Positions 24,507 to 35,190 of a stretch of DNA of 38,190 nt are shown here, piece after piece; the stretch's first letter is position 1, and every line of letters starts with the position of its first letter. The position numbers were made by a program, and so were the translations under genes. This DNA comes from Octopus bimaculoides (taxonomy: Eukaryota), in contig NC_068992.1 of the NCBI RefSeq assembly GCF_001194135.2, forward strand, positions 30,563,430 to 30,601,619. The letters run 5' to 3'. The notes under the pieces are model-generated. The model saw only the letters and a program-made list of their open reading frames with translations, searched no databases and was not told the origin of the DNA.

Positions 24507-24733
24507 GGTGTGTGTCCGTGTTTGTCCCCCTAGCATTGCTTGGCAAACGATGCCGGTGTGTTTATGTCCCCGTCACTTAGCGGTTCGACAAAGAAAAAAA
24601 CGATAGAATAAGTACTAGGCTTACAAAGAATAAGTCCCGGGGGCGATTTGCTCGACTAAAGGAAGTTCTCCAGCATGGCCGCAGTCAAATGACTGAAACG
24701 AGTAAAAGAGTAAAAGAGTAAAGAATAAAGAGT
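24070..24733 (+). mobile_element. tRNA-derived SINE with a CORE-like motif and internal (AT)n/(GT)n microsatellite (copy 2; gap 24262-24474)
   Basis: Same family as 12226-12765: B-box GGGTTCAGTCCC, TCTTGGGCAAATGTCTT, GCCGCAGTCAAATGACTGAAAC and a tandem (GAGTAAAA)n tail. Confidence 0.92.
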
Positions 24734-25341
24734 CCGTTGTAAGGTGAAATCAAGGGTTCAACGAATACTTGAAATACTAAGAAACTAGTCGAGATTTTAT
24801 ATCGCATATATTAGTGTTCCAAATACTAAAGCAAACCAGACAAGAATTGAGATTGTCTCCAGTTTAATTCATTTCTCTATTTGCTCATACGCCCTTTATC
24901 AAAGAAATTATCATCCATTTAGTCAGATAAACCAACATACAAAGCAGTAATATATTGATCTTTTAGTGCTCAATTATGCTAACCTGATTCATTGCACATA
25001 TTTTATAGGTATAAGGTGTGAATTATTTATACGTCAGAAATAAAGAAATTCATGTAACGTTATGGTTATTAGCAGTGCATTTAGTAAAGTCGTATATAAC
25101 AGATTCTTGATGTAAATATTTAAATACATGGTGACATGTCCTATGTTACACGCTGTTGTAGAAAAAAACAAATCGCATATTTTATAATACTGACGAATAG
25201 TGATTTGTTAAACGAAGGTATATGAAATCGACTCTAGCGTTTGTAACACATGTATTCATGTAGATATAAGGTCCCAAGAAACTTCGATCATGTAATTTTG
25301 AAGAATGCTAGTATAGAAATATAGTTTTCAGTGTTATTTAC

Positions 25342-26228
25342 ATATATATATATATATATATANNNNNNNNNNNNNNNNNNNNNNNNNNNNNNNNNNNNNN
25401 NNNNNNNNNNNNNNNNNNNNNNNNNNNNNNNNNNNNNNNNNNNNNNNNNNNNNNNNNNNNNNNNNNNNNNNNNNNNNNNNNNNNNNNNNNNNNNNNNNNN
25501 NNNNNNNNNNNNNNNNNNNNNNNNNNNNNNNNNNNNNNNNNNNNNNNNNNNNNNNNNNNNNNNNNNNNNNNNNNNNNNNNNNNNNNNNNNNNNNNNNNNN
25601 NNNNNNNNNNNNNNNNNNNNNNNNNNNNNNNNNNNNNNNNNNNNNNNNNNNNNNNNNNNNNNNNNNNNNNNNNNNNNNNNNNNNNNNNNNNNNNNNNNNN
25701 NNNNNNNNNNNNNNNNNNNNNNNNNNNNNNNNNNNNNNNNNNNNNNNNNNNNNNNNNNNNNNNNNNNNNNNNNNNNNNNNNNNNNNNNNNNNNNNNNNNN
25801 NNNNNNNNNNNNNNNNNNNNNNNNNNNNNNNNNNNNNNNNNNNNNNNNNNNNNNNNNNNNNNNNNNNNNNNNNNNNNNNNNNNNNNNNNNNNNNNNNNNN
25901 NNNNNNNNNNNNNNNNNNNNNNNNNNNNNNNNNNNNNNNNNNNNNNNNNNNNNNNNNNNNNNNNNNNNNNNNNNNNNNNNNNNNNNNNNNNNNNNNNNNN
26001 NNNNNNNNNNNNNNNNNNNNNNNNNNNNNNNNNNNNNNNNNNNNNNNNNNNNNNNNNNNNNNNNNNNNNNNNNNNNNNNNNNNNNNNNNNNNNNNNNNNN
26101 NNNNNNNNNNNNNNNNNNNNNNNNNNNNNNNNNNNNNNNNNNNNNNNNNNNNNNNNNNNNNNNNNNNNNNNNNNNNNNNNNNNNNNNNNNNNNNNNNNNN
26201 NNNNNNNNNNNNNNNNNNNNNNNNNNNN

Positions 26229-26283
<55 letters not shown>

Positions 26284-26287
26284 TATA
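25342..26287. repeat. (AT)n, gap 25363-26228, then (CA)n
   Basis: Read directly from the sequence. Confidence 0.95.
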
Positions 26288-27549
26288 TTAGGTTGTCAAG
26301 AAAGTTCTTGCGGGTTTTAACCTTTAGATTCATATGCACATATCTCGGCTAAAACAAAACTTTATTAATCGAAATAATCACCATCAGAATCAACAAACTT
26401 TTGCGACCGCGAAACAAGTTTATGTATGCCGGTAGCGTAAACATCCTGTGTTCTGGTGGTGATGAAGTCGTTCAAGGCTATTTGGCATCGTCTTGGTTTT
26501 TGAAGCATTTCTTACGCAGGAAGTTGTCGAGATGCTTGAAAAAGTGGTAGTCGGCAGGCGAGGGGTCTAGTGAGTATGGCGGATGAGGTAGGGTTTCCTA
26601 GCCCAATTCGTTCAACTCCTACAGGGTCAGTTGTGCGACGTGCGGCCGAACGCTGTCGTGGAGAACAAGTGGTCATTTTCTATTGACCAATGCTGGCTGT
26701 TTTTGTTGGAATTTCTTATGCATTTCATCCATTTGCTGACAGTACTTCTCCGCTGTAATGGTTTCGCCTGGATCCAAAAAGTTGTGATGGATAAAACCGG
26801 CTGCAAACCACCAGTTACCATGACGTTCTTTTGGATGCAAATTTGGCTTCGGGAGGTGCCGTGGAGCTTCGTCGCCGTTTGTCGTAAAGTATTCACTTTT
26901 CATCCCAAGTCACAATCCGGTCGATAAATGGATCGTTCTTGTTTAGTAAAAGAAGGGAAGACGACACTTCAAAACTGCTTTTTTTTCTTGATTGTCGTTC
27001 AATTTGTGCAGCACTCATTGCTCAAGCATTTTTGTTTTTCCAATCTCTTTCAAGTTGTTGGAATTGTAACATCGCATACGTTACGTCTAATTCAGAAGCA
27101 AGTTCGCGAACAGTTGTGCGTGGATTGTCCTCGACTAAGGATTTTAGTTGATCGTTGTCAACATCCGATGGTCGACCACTACGCTTATCATCTTCAAGAC
27201 TCCTGTCACCGCTACGAAAATTCTTGAACCATCATTGTGCTGTACGTTCATTAGTGGTTCTGGGGCCAAATGTATCGTTGATATCGCGAGCTGTTTCAGC
27301 AGCTTTTCGGCCTACCTTAAACTGGAATAAGAAAATTATGCGAATTTGATTTTTGTCCATGTTCCATTCAACGCTCCGGAAAAATGGCCTAATTATTCAA
27401 AAACAAAAAAAGTAACACTATTAGATAGAGCGAAAAACGGGCATAAAAATTATATATAAATTCAAAGTAATTTCACGAAAAATTAATTTGTAAATACGCC
27501 GTTTAAAACCATAATAAAAAATTCTATAACAAATTTTTGGACAATCTAC
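26288..27549 (-). mobile_element. Full-length but decayed mariner DNA transposon, cecropia/Hsmar1-like, DD34D
   Basis: Left TIR TTAGGTTGTCAAGAAAGTTCTTGCGG preceded by TA; degenerate right TIR at about 27524-27549; about 1.26 kb; embedded in TA-rich microsatellite DNA. Confidence 0.95.
26365..27360 (-). pseudogene. Mariner transposase pseudogene
   Basis: After frameshift correction: MDKNQIRIIFLFQFKVGRKAAETARDINDTFG...EDDKRSGRPSDVDNDQLK...DRIVTWDEK...HLPKPNLHPK...FLDPGETITAEKYCQQMDEMHKK...VLHDSVRPH...PHPPYSLDPSPADYHFFKHLDNFL...DGDYFD*. I counted 34 residues between the second and third catalytic Asp. Several stops and frameshifts. Confidence 0.95.
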
Positions 27550-27551
27550 TT

Positions 27552-27586
<35 letters not shown>

Positions 27587-28358
27587 ATATATATATGTAT
27601 AAATATATATATATGTATATATAATTATGTGTATTTCTTCTATCTTAATGAATAAAATTTCTTCTGATAGAATAAATGGGTTAATAGAAACCAATGTAGC
27701 AAAGAACACAAAATAACTGTGGTTAGCTCCTGTTTTTAAGGCAGGAACTCCTTGAAATTTTGGGTATTTGAGTATATTTAAGAATTTAAGGATTGGAGAA
27801 AACGCATGTTATAATTGCATACTTTATNNNNNNNNNNNNNNNNNNNNNNNNNNNNNNNNNNNNNNNNNNNNNNNNNNNNNNNNNNNNNNNNNNNNNNNNN
27901 NNNNNNNNNNNNNNNNNNNNNNNNNNNNNNNNNNNNNNNNNNNNNNNNNNNNNNNNNNNNNNNNNNNNNNNNNNNNNNNNNNNNNNNNNNNNNNNNNNNN
28001 NNNNNNNNNNNNNNNNNNNNNNNNNNNNNNNNNNNNNNNNNNNNNNNNNNNNNNNNNNNNNNNNNNNNNNNNNNNNNNNNNNNNNNNNNNNNNNNNNNNN
28101 NNNNNNNNNNNNNNNNNNNNNNNNNNNNNNNNNNNNNNNNNNNNNNNNNNNNNNNNNNNNNNNNNNNNNNNNNNNNNNNNNNNNNNNNNNNNNNNNNNNN
28201 NNNNNNNNNNNNNNNNNNNNNNNNNNNNNNNNNNNNNNNNNNNNNNNNNNNNNNNNNNNNNNNNNNNNNNNNNNNNNNNNNNNNNNNNNNNNNNNNNNNN
28301 NNNNNNNNNNNNNNNNNNNNNNNNNNNNNNNNNNNNNTATATATATATATATATATAT
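27552..28358. repeat. (AT)n/(ATGT)n tract, gap 27828-28337, then (AT)n
   Basis: Read directly; unique sequence lies between about 27620 and 27827. Confidence 0.8.
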
Positions 28359-28509
28359 TCAAATTGCGATAAACGTAAACAAAATTTGCTTTTAGAACCG
28401 TTGAGATGTCTTAGAAAGTTTAAGTGGCTTTTAAATTCTCAGACGCAGGATAATGCTAATAGTATAGCCTGAACAGGATAACGTACCCCTATTTTGCAGA
28501 AAAAAGTTT

Positions 28510-28582
28510 TGGCGGCCAGTTATGAGACTCGAACTCAAGCCTCCGTGATTACGCGTCACGGTGCTCTTACTGATTACGCGTC
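28510..28582 (-). pseudogene. tRNA-like relic (pseudogene or SINE head), 5' end lost
   Basis: Minus strand: GTAAGAGC, anticodon-like stem CGTGA-CGCGTAA-TCACG, T-arm TGAG-TTCGAGT-CTCA, end ...ACTGGCCGCCA, then a T6 run 5 nt downstream. There is no 5' acceptor strand and G replaces U33, so it is not functional. Confidence 0.55.
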
Positions 28583-29659
28583 TGCATACATACGTAACTG
28601 CAAATATATGTGCTATTGAGCTACACATTTCGCTGAAAACCGTTTGTTAACGAATATATCACATATTTAGTTTTCGTACTTTTATGAGACCTTTAAATAT
28701 TTACGATAGTATTAAACGTTATTATAAAAGACATTAAGAGAAATAACGTTTGACTTCGTTCCGCCGATACAGCACGAACAAAGAACTCATATAAAATAAA
28801 CATGAGCCAATGCACCGGTAATCATATCGGTTTGCGTACAGTCATAGACAAATATATCTATACACAAAACTTATATAGAATATATACAATAATACATCGT
28901 AATGGAAGAGTTGTAAATTATAATAAAAGTGATATTTTATAGATCAGTGTATAACCATATATCGTAATATAATGTTGGTAAATTATATTAAAAGATATAT
29001 TATAATATAGTTCAAGCACAATTATCTGATAGAGAAATCATTAAGTTTGGTAGAGTAATGACTAGTGTCCACTCCCTGAATCATTTTATTCGTTCGAGTT
29101 CATATATGAATACCTGCAAAACTACACCGTAAGTCGCTTTGTGGACCCGCCTAGAATATTTTAGTAATGACGTACGAACACTTTGAATAAGTATTTTTTT
29201 ACATATATATGACACTATATCGCTATATATGTACACGCATACACACACACACACACACACACAAATCTCCTTAATTGTGAAAGGTTGAACACACAGTTAA
29301 CTTAAAACCTTAAACTTCAAATTAACAGTTAACCTTAAACTTCAAATTCAAACCTGAACACGGAAGAAAATACTGCTTCAGATAATTAGGGTTATATTCG
29401 CCTAAAAACTGTTCCCACAACACTTTGAATGAGGAAATACACACACACATATACACACACATGTATATATATTTAGACACACATACTCACACTACACACA
29501 CATAGTGGGAACAAAAAGTGGATGCGTGGGATTATATTAAATAAGATAAAAAAATTGCACTGGTATGAATTATCACCGAATCATAATATTTAATGTAATG
29601 CCACGGACTTAACTTTTTCGTTCGCAGTCACTGTGACGCTACACCAGTTAAATATCTGG

Positions 29660-30190
29660 TGCCAAGTCTCTCTCATTCTCTTTCTAATTCTCCATTTCTC
29701 TGTCATTTTCCAACCCTCTCTCATGCTTTCATGTTTATGCTTGCTCTCTCACTCTTTTCTATTTTTCTTTCCTCTCTCATCACCTTATCTCTTTGTTATT
29801 TCTGTCTATTCCTTTTATTTAACTATTCTCCCACCTTCTCTCTTGTTCAGTACATCCCTCCTTTATACCCGTCTTTTTTTCTTTCTACTATCTCTTGTAT
29901 CACCATCCGCATTTCTTTCTTTCTCTCTGCCCCATTATCTCCTCTTACTTTCATCCAGCTGTTTTCTTTGCTCTTCTCTAACTGCTTTGTTTCCTCCCCT
30001 CTCCCATATCTCCTCTCCCCTCTCCCCGCTCAGCTTTCATTGTCGTTTGACTGCTGACCTGTTTAGTCATGATTCTCCGGTCCCATGCTTTCGCCTTTCC
30101 CTTCAATACTGGTTTCAACATTTTTTCTAAATTTCCTATATATATATACCTTTCTTTCTATTTTCCTCTGTCTTTACTTTCCTTTTCAAT
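29660..30190. repeat. Pyrimidine-rich (CT/T) low-complexity tract
   Basis: Strong C/T strand bias over about 500 bp; the S/L/F/P-rich ORFs here follow from base composition. Confidence 0.85.
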
Positions 30191-30870
30191 CCTTGTAGGA
30201 CATCCTATTGTATTAACGTTACTTCTAAACATGTCTTCTGCTTATGTTGTCTCAGATTTGTACAGCCTTTATTTTGTCTGCATATGTATATATGTACCAA
30301 CAACTTGTGTCCTGTTTGGTTTTCGTAATCGTCCTTTATGTTTACTTGTTATTATCAACAGTTGTTTGCTGTCGCCCCCCACCAGATAGAGGATATTACC
30401 GTTAAAGGTGTGCAATTTTTGTGTTGTTTGTTCGATTACGACGGAAGTAAGAGCAAGTCAAACGTCTGTGTGAGAAATTTACGTTGGTTATTTTGAATAA
30501 TTATATGTAAATTACAAGTTATACGCCACGTAGCAAAAATATATAAAATAAGGATGAACATTTTTTTATTGAAGTTCCTAAGCGTATTTTATCATTATAG
30601 TTGTTTGATGTGGTGTGATAAACGCTAGGGATGCATATACATGCTTAGCTACGACGGATCTTTACAGGAGATTGTTACTGAAATATGATACAATAATAAA
30701 GTGTTCACTGAGTATCCAATGTAGTTGAGCATCTTTGCATTTGGACGATCTCCCAGAACAGCCATAATCGTGAATTGAACGTAGGTACCTTAATATAAAC
30801 TCATTTTCATTCGTATTTTCCGTGCACATACACGCATACACACACACATATATATATGTGTATATATATA

Positions 30871-30880
30871 AGATCGGAAG
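30871..30880 (+). other. Illumina adapter remnant at a contig end (gap 30881-31361)
   Basis: AGATCGGAAG is the first 10 nt of the TruSeq adapter AGATCGGAAGAGC. It lies between (TA)n and the start of the N-gap. Confidence 0.85.
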
Positions 30881-33134
30881 NNNNNNNNNNNNNNNNNNNN
30901 NNNNNNNNNNNNNNNNNNNNNNNNNNNNNNNNNNNNNNNNNNNNNNNNNNNNNNNNNNNNNNNNNNNNNNNNNNNNNNNNNNNNNNNNNNNNNNNNNNNN
31001 NNNNNNNNNNNNNNNNNNNNNNNNNNNNNNNNNNNNNNNNNNNNNNNNNNNNNNNNNNNNNNNNNNNNNNNNNNNNNNNNNNNNNNNNNNNNNNNNNNNN
31101 NNNNNNNNNNNNNNNNNNNNNNNNNNNNNNNNNNNNNNNNNNNNNNNNNNNNNNNNNNNNNNNNNNNNNNNNNNNNNNNNNNNNNNNNNNNNNNNNNNNN
31201 NNNNNNNNNNNNNNNNNNNNNNNNNNNNNNNNNNNNNNNNNNNNNNNNNNNNNNNNNNNNNNNNNNNNNNNNNNNNNNNNNNNNNNNNNNNNNNNNNNNN
31301 NNNNNNNNNNNNNNNNNNNNNNNNNNNNNNNNNNNNNNNNNNNNNNNNNNNNNNNNNNNNNATATATATATATATATATATATATAGCGATATCTTTTGT
31401 TGTTGTCAAGATTAAGACTCAAAATCTATTTACGCAGATGCTTCAAATTAACCATCAAAGTATTTATTTTCATACTTGTCGTAAAACTTCAGGTTTTTGA
31501 CTTCCTAAGAAAAAAGAACTTAGTTGTTTAGATCAACACCAATGCAGGTATAATTTCATGTCTCTCATTGACATAAAATTAGAGTTTCAATTATGTTTAT
31601 TAAGAGCAACTAACTTTATTCTTTTACTTCTGCATATTTACAGAAATGATATTTCGAATAACGAGTGGACCAATGTCCCATTTAACCTTAATACCGTGTT
31701 ATGAGAAACGTTTATAATAAGAGTAATCATTTATTCACATTTGCTTGTTTATTTGTTTCCGATTATATCAAAATGTCTTGTCAGTTTACGCTTTAGTCTG
31801 CTTGCCCTTGTATTCATATTCTCAAACATGTGAAAGTATTATTTCGTAGAATTCTAACAAATCACTTCAGTTTATCATCGCTGTAATATTATTTTCTATG
31901 TTAATATTTTTCATTTAAACAATTCATATAATTTACATGCTTCAGGTGCTTATCAATCTGAAAGAAACACACTCGGTCGATAGTGTATTCCAATATTATT
32001 ATTTGGCGTGTGCATACCAAATTTAAAAGTCTACAGCATTAATTGGATCAAAAAATTACATATCTAGCTAATCTATTACTAGCGTTATTTTGATCTGAAA
32101 ACATACCACCTGAAAAAATGAATGGAATGACTTTAATCATAGGCCTCATTTATACGAGGCAGTCTGATGGTAACAGTGACTACGACATGAACAATTTCAA
32201 ATATTTCAATGTTCTTATAATCTGAAACAAAATGTTACGATACATACATATGTCGGATGATCTGAGTCATGTATCAGTCCCAGCGTGCAATCAATTCAAT
32301 TACAGCGGTAGCAAAAATTCTTCAATACGGCATATTTCTGTTACAAGTTGATACCTTAATATGTTAATGAATCTAATTAAACGATGATTCACTTAGAAAT
32401 AAATGCATTCATGTTGGTATCATCTATAATGTCTACATGACCAATTGAGGAAATATACAAAATACGTTATGCAAATACGAAACTATAATAGGCTCATACC
32501 TTACAATAATTTCAACATTCAACATTTAGTATATCAACAATTCTAAGCTGTTGCAAGGTAAAATAATAGGAAATTCGGAAAAGCATTACAGTAGCTTAAA
32601 ATTATTTTGTAGTTGATAATGTAGCCCAAACTATTTCAGTAACTGTCACTTTCAGTAGAATGTCACTGAAGTTTTAAAATGCAATACTTAAACTTTCAAA
32701 CTTTCTCTACATTGTTTTTTATTTCTTCAGGAAATATAGTAACTATGCATATAGATGTGAAGGAAATAGCTAAATATGCTGGAGTGAAGATATAAATTAT
32801 GCAGTTATTTTCCTAGTTTTGAAATTGAGAAATATTTTTTGAAAAGAATAATTTGAATATCTTAAGTTTCCATTTACAATTTCCAAGTATATCCAAATAT
32901 ATATTCTATAGAGTATATGTGGCTGACGCTAAGAAGAGCCGATGCTTGCAAGGCTGTATCAATTTCGGAACAAGCTCCGAACGTTTGAAAGAAATTTATC
33001 TTCTAGCATGGAAAATTTAATATGGCTTCGGATTGAACTACGTATGAATAATTAAGATATACGAATTCTAAGCACATTTCAACAGATTCAAAATCGGCGT
33101 TAAACATTGGAGTTTTTGGGCACTTACAATAGTA

Positions 33135-33402
33135 GACTACCATTTGTTTCGTAGTTTACAGAATCATTTGGGGGACATAACTTTCGCAAGTCAGACGGAG
33201 GTAGAAACTGACATTTCAGAGTTCTTCGCTTTGAAACGAATAGAGTTTTACATTGATGGGATTAAAAAGCTTGCAAATAGATGGAAGGAAGTCATAGATA
33301 ATCAGGGAAAGTACATTGACAATTAAATTTCAATTAAATATAACATTTGATAACTTGTTTTCTTTATTCAAAATTCAGAGATAACTTATTGGATGACTGA
33401 TA
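33135..33402 (+). mobile_element. Mariner 3' fragment (transposase C-terminus plus terminal sequence), different family from 26288-27549
   Basis: DYHLFRSLQNHLGDITFASQTEVETDISEFFALKRIEFYIDGIKKLANRWKEVIDNQGKYIDN* is a typical mariner C-terminus. A TIR-like end GATAACTTATTGGATGACTGATA lies at about 33380-33402. Confidence 0.85.
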
Positions 33403-35029
33403 ATTGTTACTATTAGTATTTTCGCAAACTATACTAAGCTTATTATAAGACAATATATTTGACTGTTTTAGAAAATATCTTCTATCACAAGCATCACGTT
33501 GTCTTCAAAATTATACTTCCTACAAACCGTTCTTATGAAACATACACATATTGCTTGTTATCATCAGTACGTAACATTATATTATGCGCGGTGGAACTGA
33601 AGTACAAAGGTTCGCCTTTAGATTGATGTCATTCAGAACTTATAATACCCGTATATTGTTCAATTCTATAAGATGGTGAACTAATATAAAGCTTTAATGA
33701 AATTCAGTCTATAACGTACAAAACTAATTCAATGAATGTCTATTAGAAATAGGAAGAAATATTTCAGGAAGTACGTTCCATCTATCTATTTCAGAAACAA
33801 ATATCTTTCTTTTGTATAGGTATAGCTAAAAATTGAATGCTGTCTTGATGGTGGAAAACAATTTCATAAATCTTGAGTTATATATGAAACTGAGAAGTTA
33901 TTGGTAAAGAGTATATTTTGTTTTTTCTTCATGAATCTAAAACTTGAATCGTAAAATCATATACTCAATATTCTTCCGCTCTTTTCAGCAATCTATTGAA
34001 TATGGTATCACGACATTTATGCTAGTACAATATAACGGTGTTCAAGAAAATATCTTGTAAACATTATTTTGTATATTAAAATTCAAAGAGCATAGCGGTT
34101 GGTAGATCATAGTAAAAGCCACTGGAGCATTTAGTGAGATAAATCTATTTTCGCAAGTAAAAGCCCGTCGAATTCCAGTTTGTTTTGTATTCGTCTGTCG
34201 CAGAGTGAAAATAAATTAGATATTTTTAGAAAATGCATGCACTGTCATAGAGCACTAAACACGTGTTATTTGCGAATATTATATTCCATTATATACACAA
34301 GAATCTTCTGCTTCAAAAGTATTCCAACTCAAATACTGATAACTACGAATGTAGTATATAATGTGTTCTATTTCGAAGACATTGCAGCCTTATTTTCTGG
34401 GCAAGTGTCACCGTGTCTCGCAGCTTGTGAGGACATTTAGATGCAACCTCGGATACTCTTTTAGATTTGTCTGCTCGAATTTCATTGGTTGAATATTGAA
34501 GACATTTAACTAGTATTGGGAATTATATCATCACTGCCAAACATGCAGACAAAAGAATTTCAGACATTATTATATAAACAAACACGGCGTAGAATATCGA
34601 ACTACTGCTTTTCCTATTAATCAATAAAAAATTGATTTTCGTTCAGCGTTCAATATCTATTTTACTAATTAATCAAATTTGTGTCACCATATTTGATTTA
34701 TTTCCAAATGAGGACGAACATTTATCTCATATATTTTTTATATGCATTGTAATTCTTACGTAGATGTGACATTGACGGAAGTATGAAGTTAATGGCGGGG
34801 TCTAATGTCTTGACAAATAGAATCATAAATTCCCATAAGGAAACTGTATTTTTGAAGGGTGTTACATTAATGATGGGTTAAAAAGACTGGTGGTGGTATT
34901 GTTAGTAATTGACGTGCGTATAGGAGACTGACTTTCAAAGAACACAAAGAGGACAGCATATCTTTTATAATCCCAACGTAGATGCAAGAAGAGGTAGGTA
35001 AAAATGTATTTGGGACAAGGAAAATAGTG

Positions 35030-35190
35030 TGACTGACGTTAACAACGTGGTGACGGCGGCGACGTTGACAACGACGACGATAATTACAATGATGATTATA
35101 ATGATGAGGTTTGTAGGAGGACGATGATGATGTTGATGATGTTGAAGTCAATGATTATAATTTTAATTATTATGAACATGATGGTGACGA
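35030..35190. repeat. Degenerate (GAC/GAT/AAT)n trinucleotide tract
   Basis: Read directly from the sequence. Confidence 0.75.

Noticed and set aside
29633-30389. Three 106-165 aa ORFs rich in S, L, F and P
   Set aside because: They result from the pyrimidine-rich low-complexity tract.
1422-31500. Long ORFs made of X, YIYI, VCVC, THTH or SLSL runs
   Set aside because: Artefacts of N-gaps and microsatellites.
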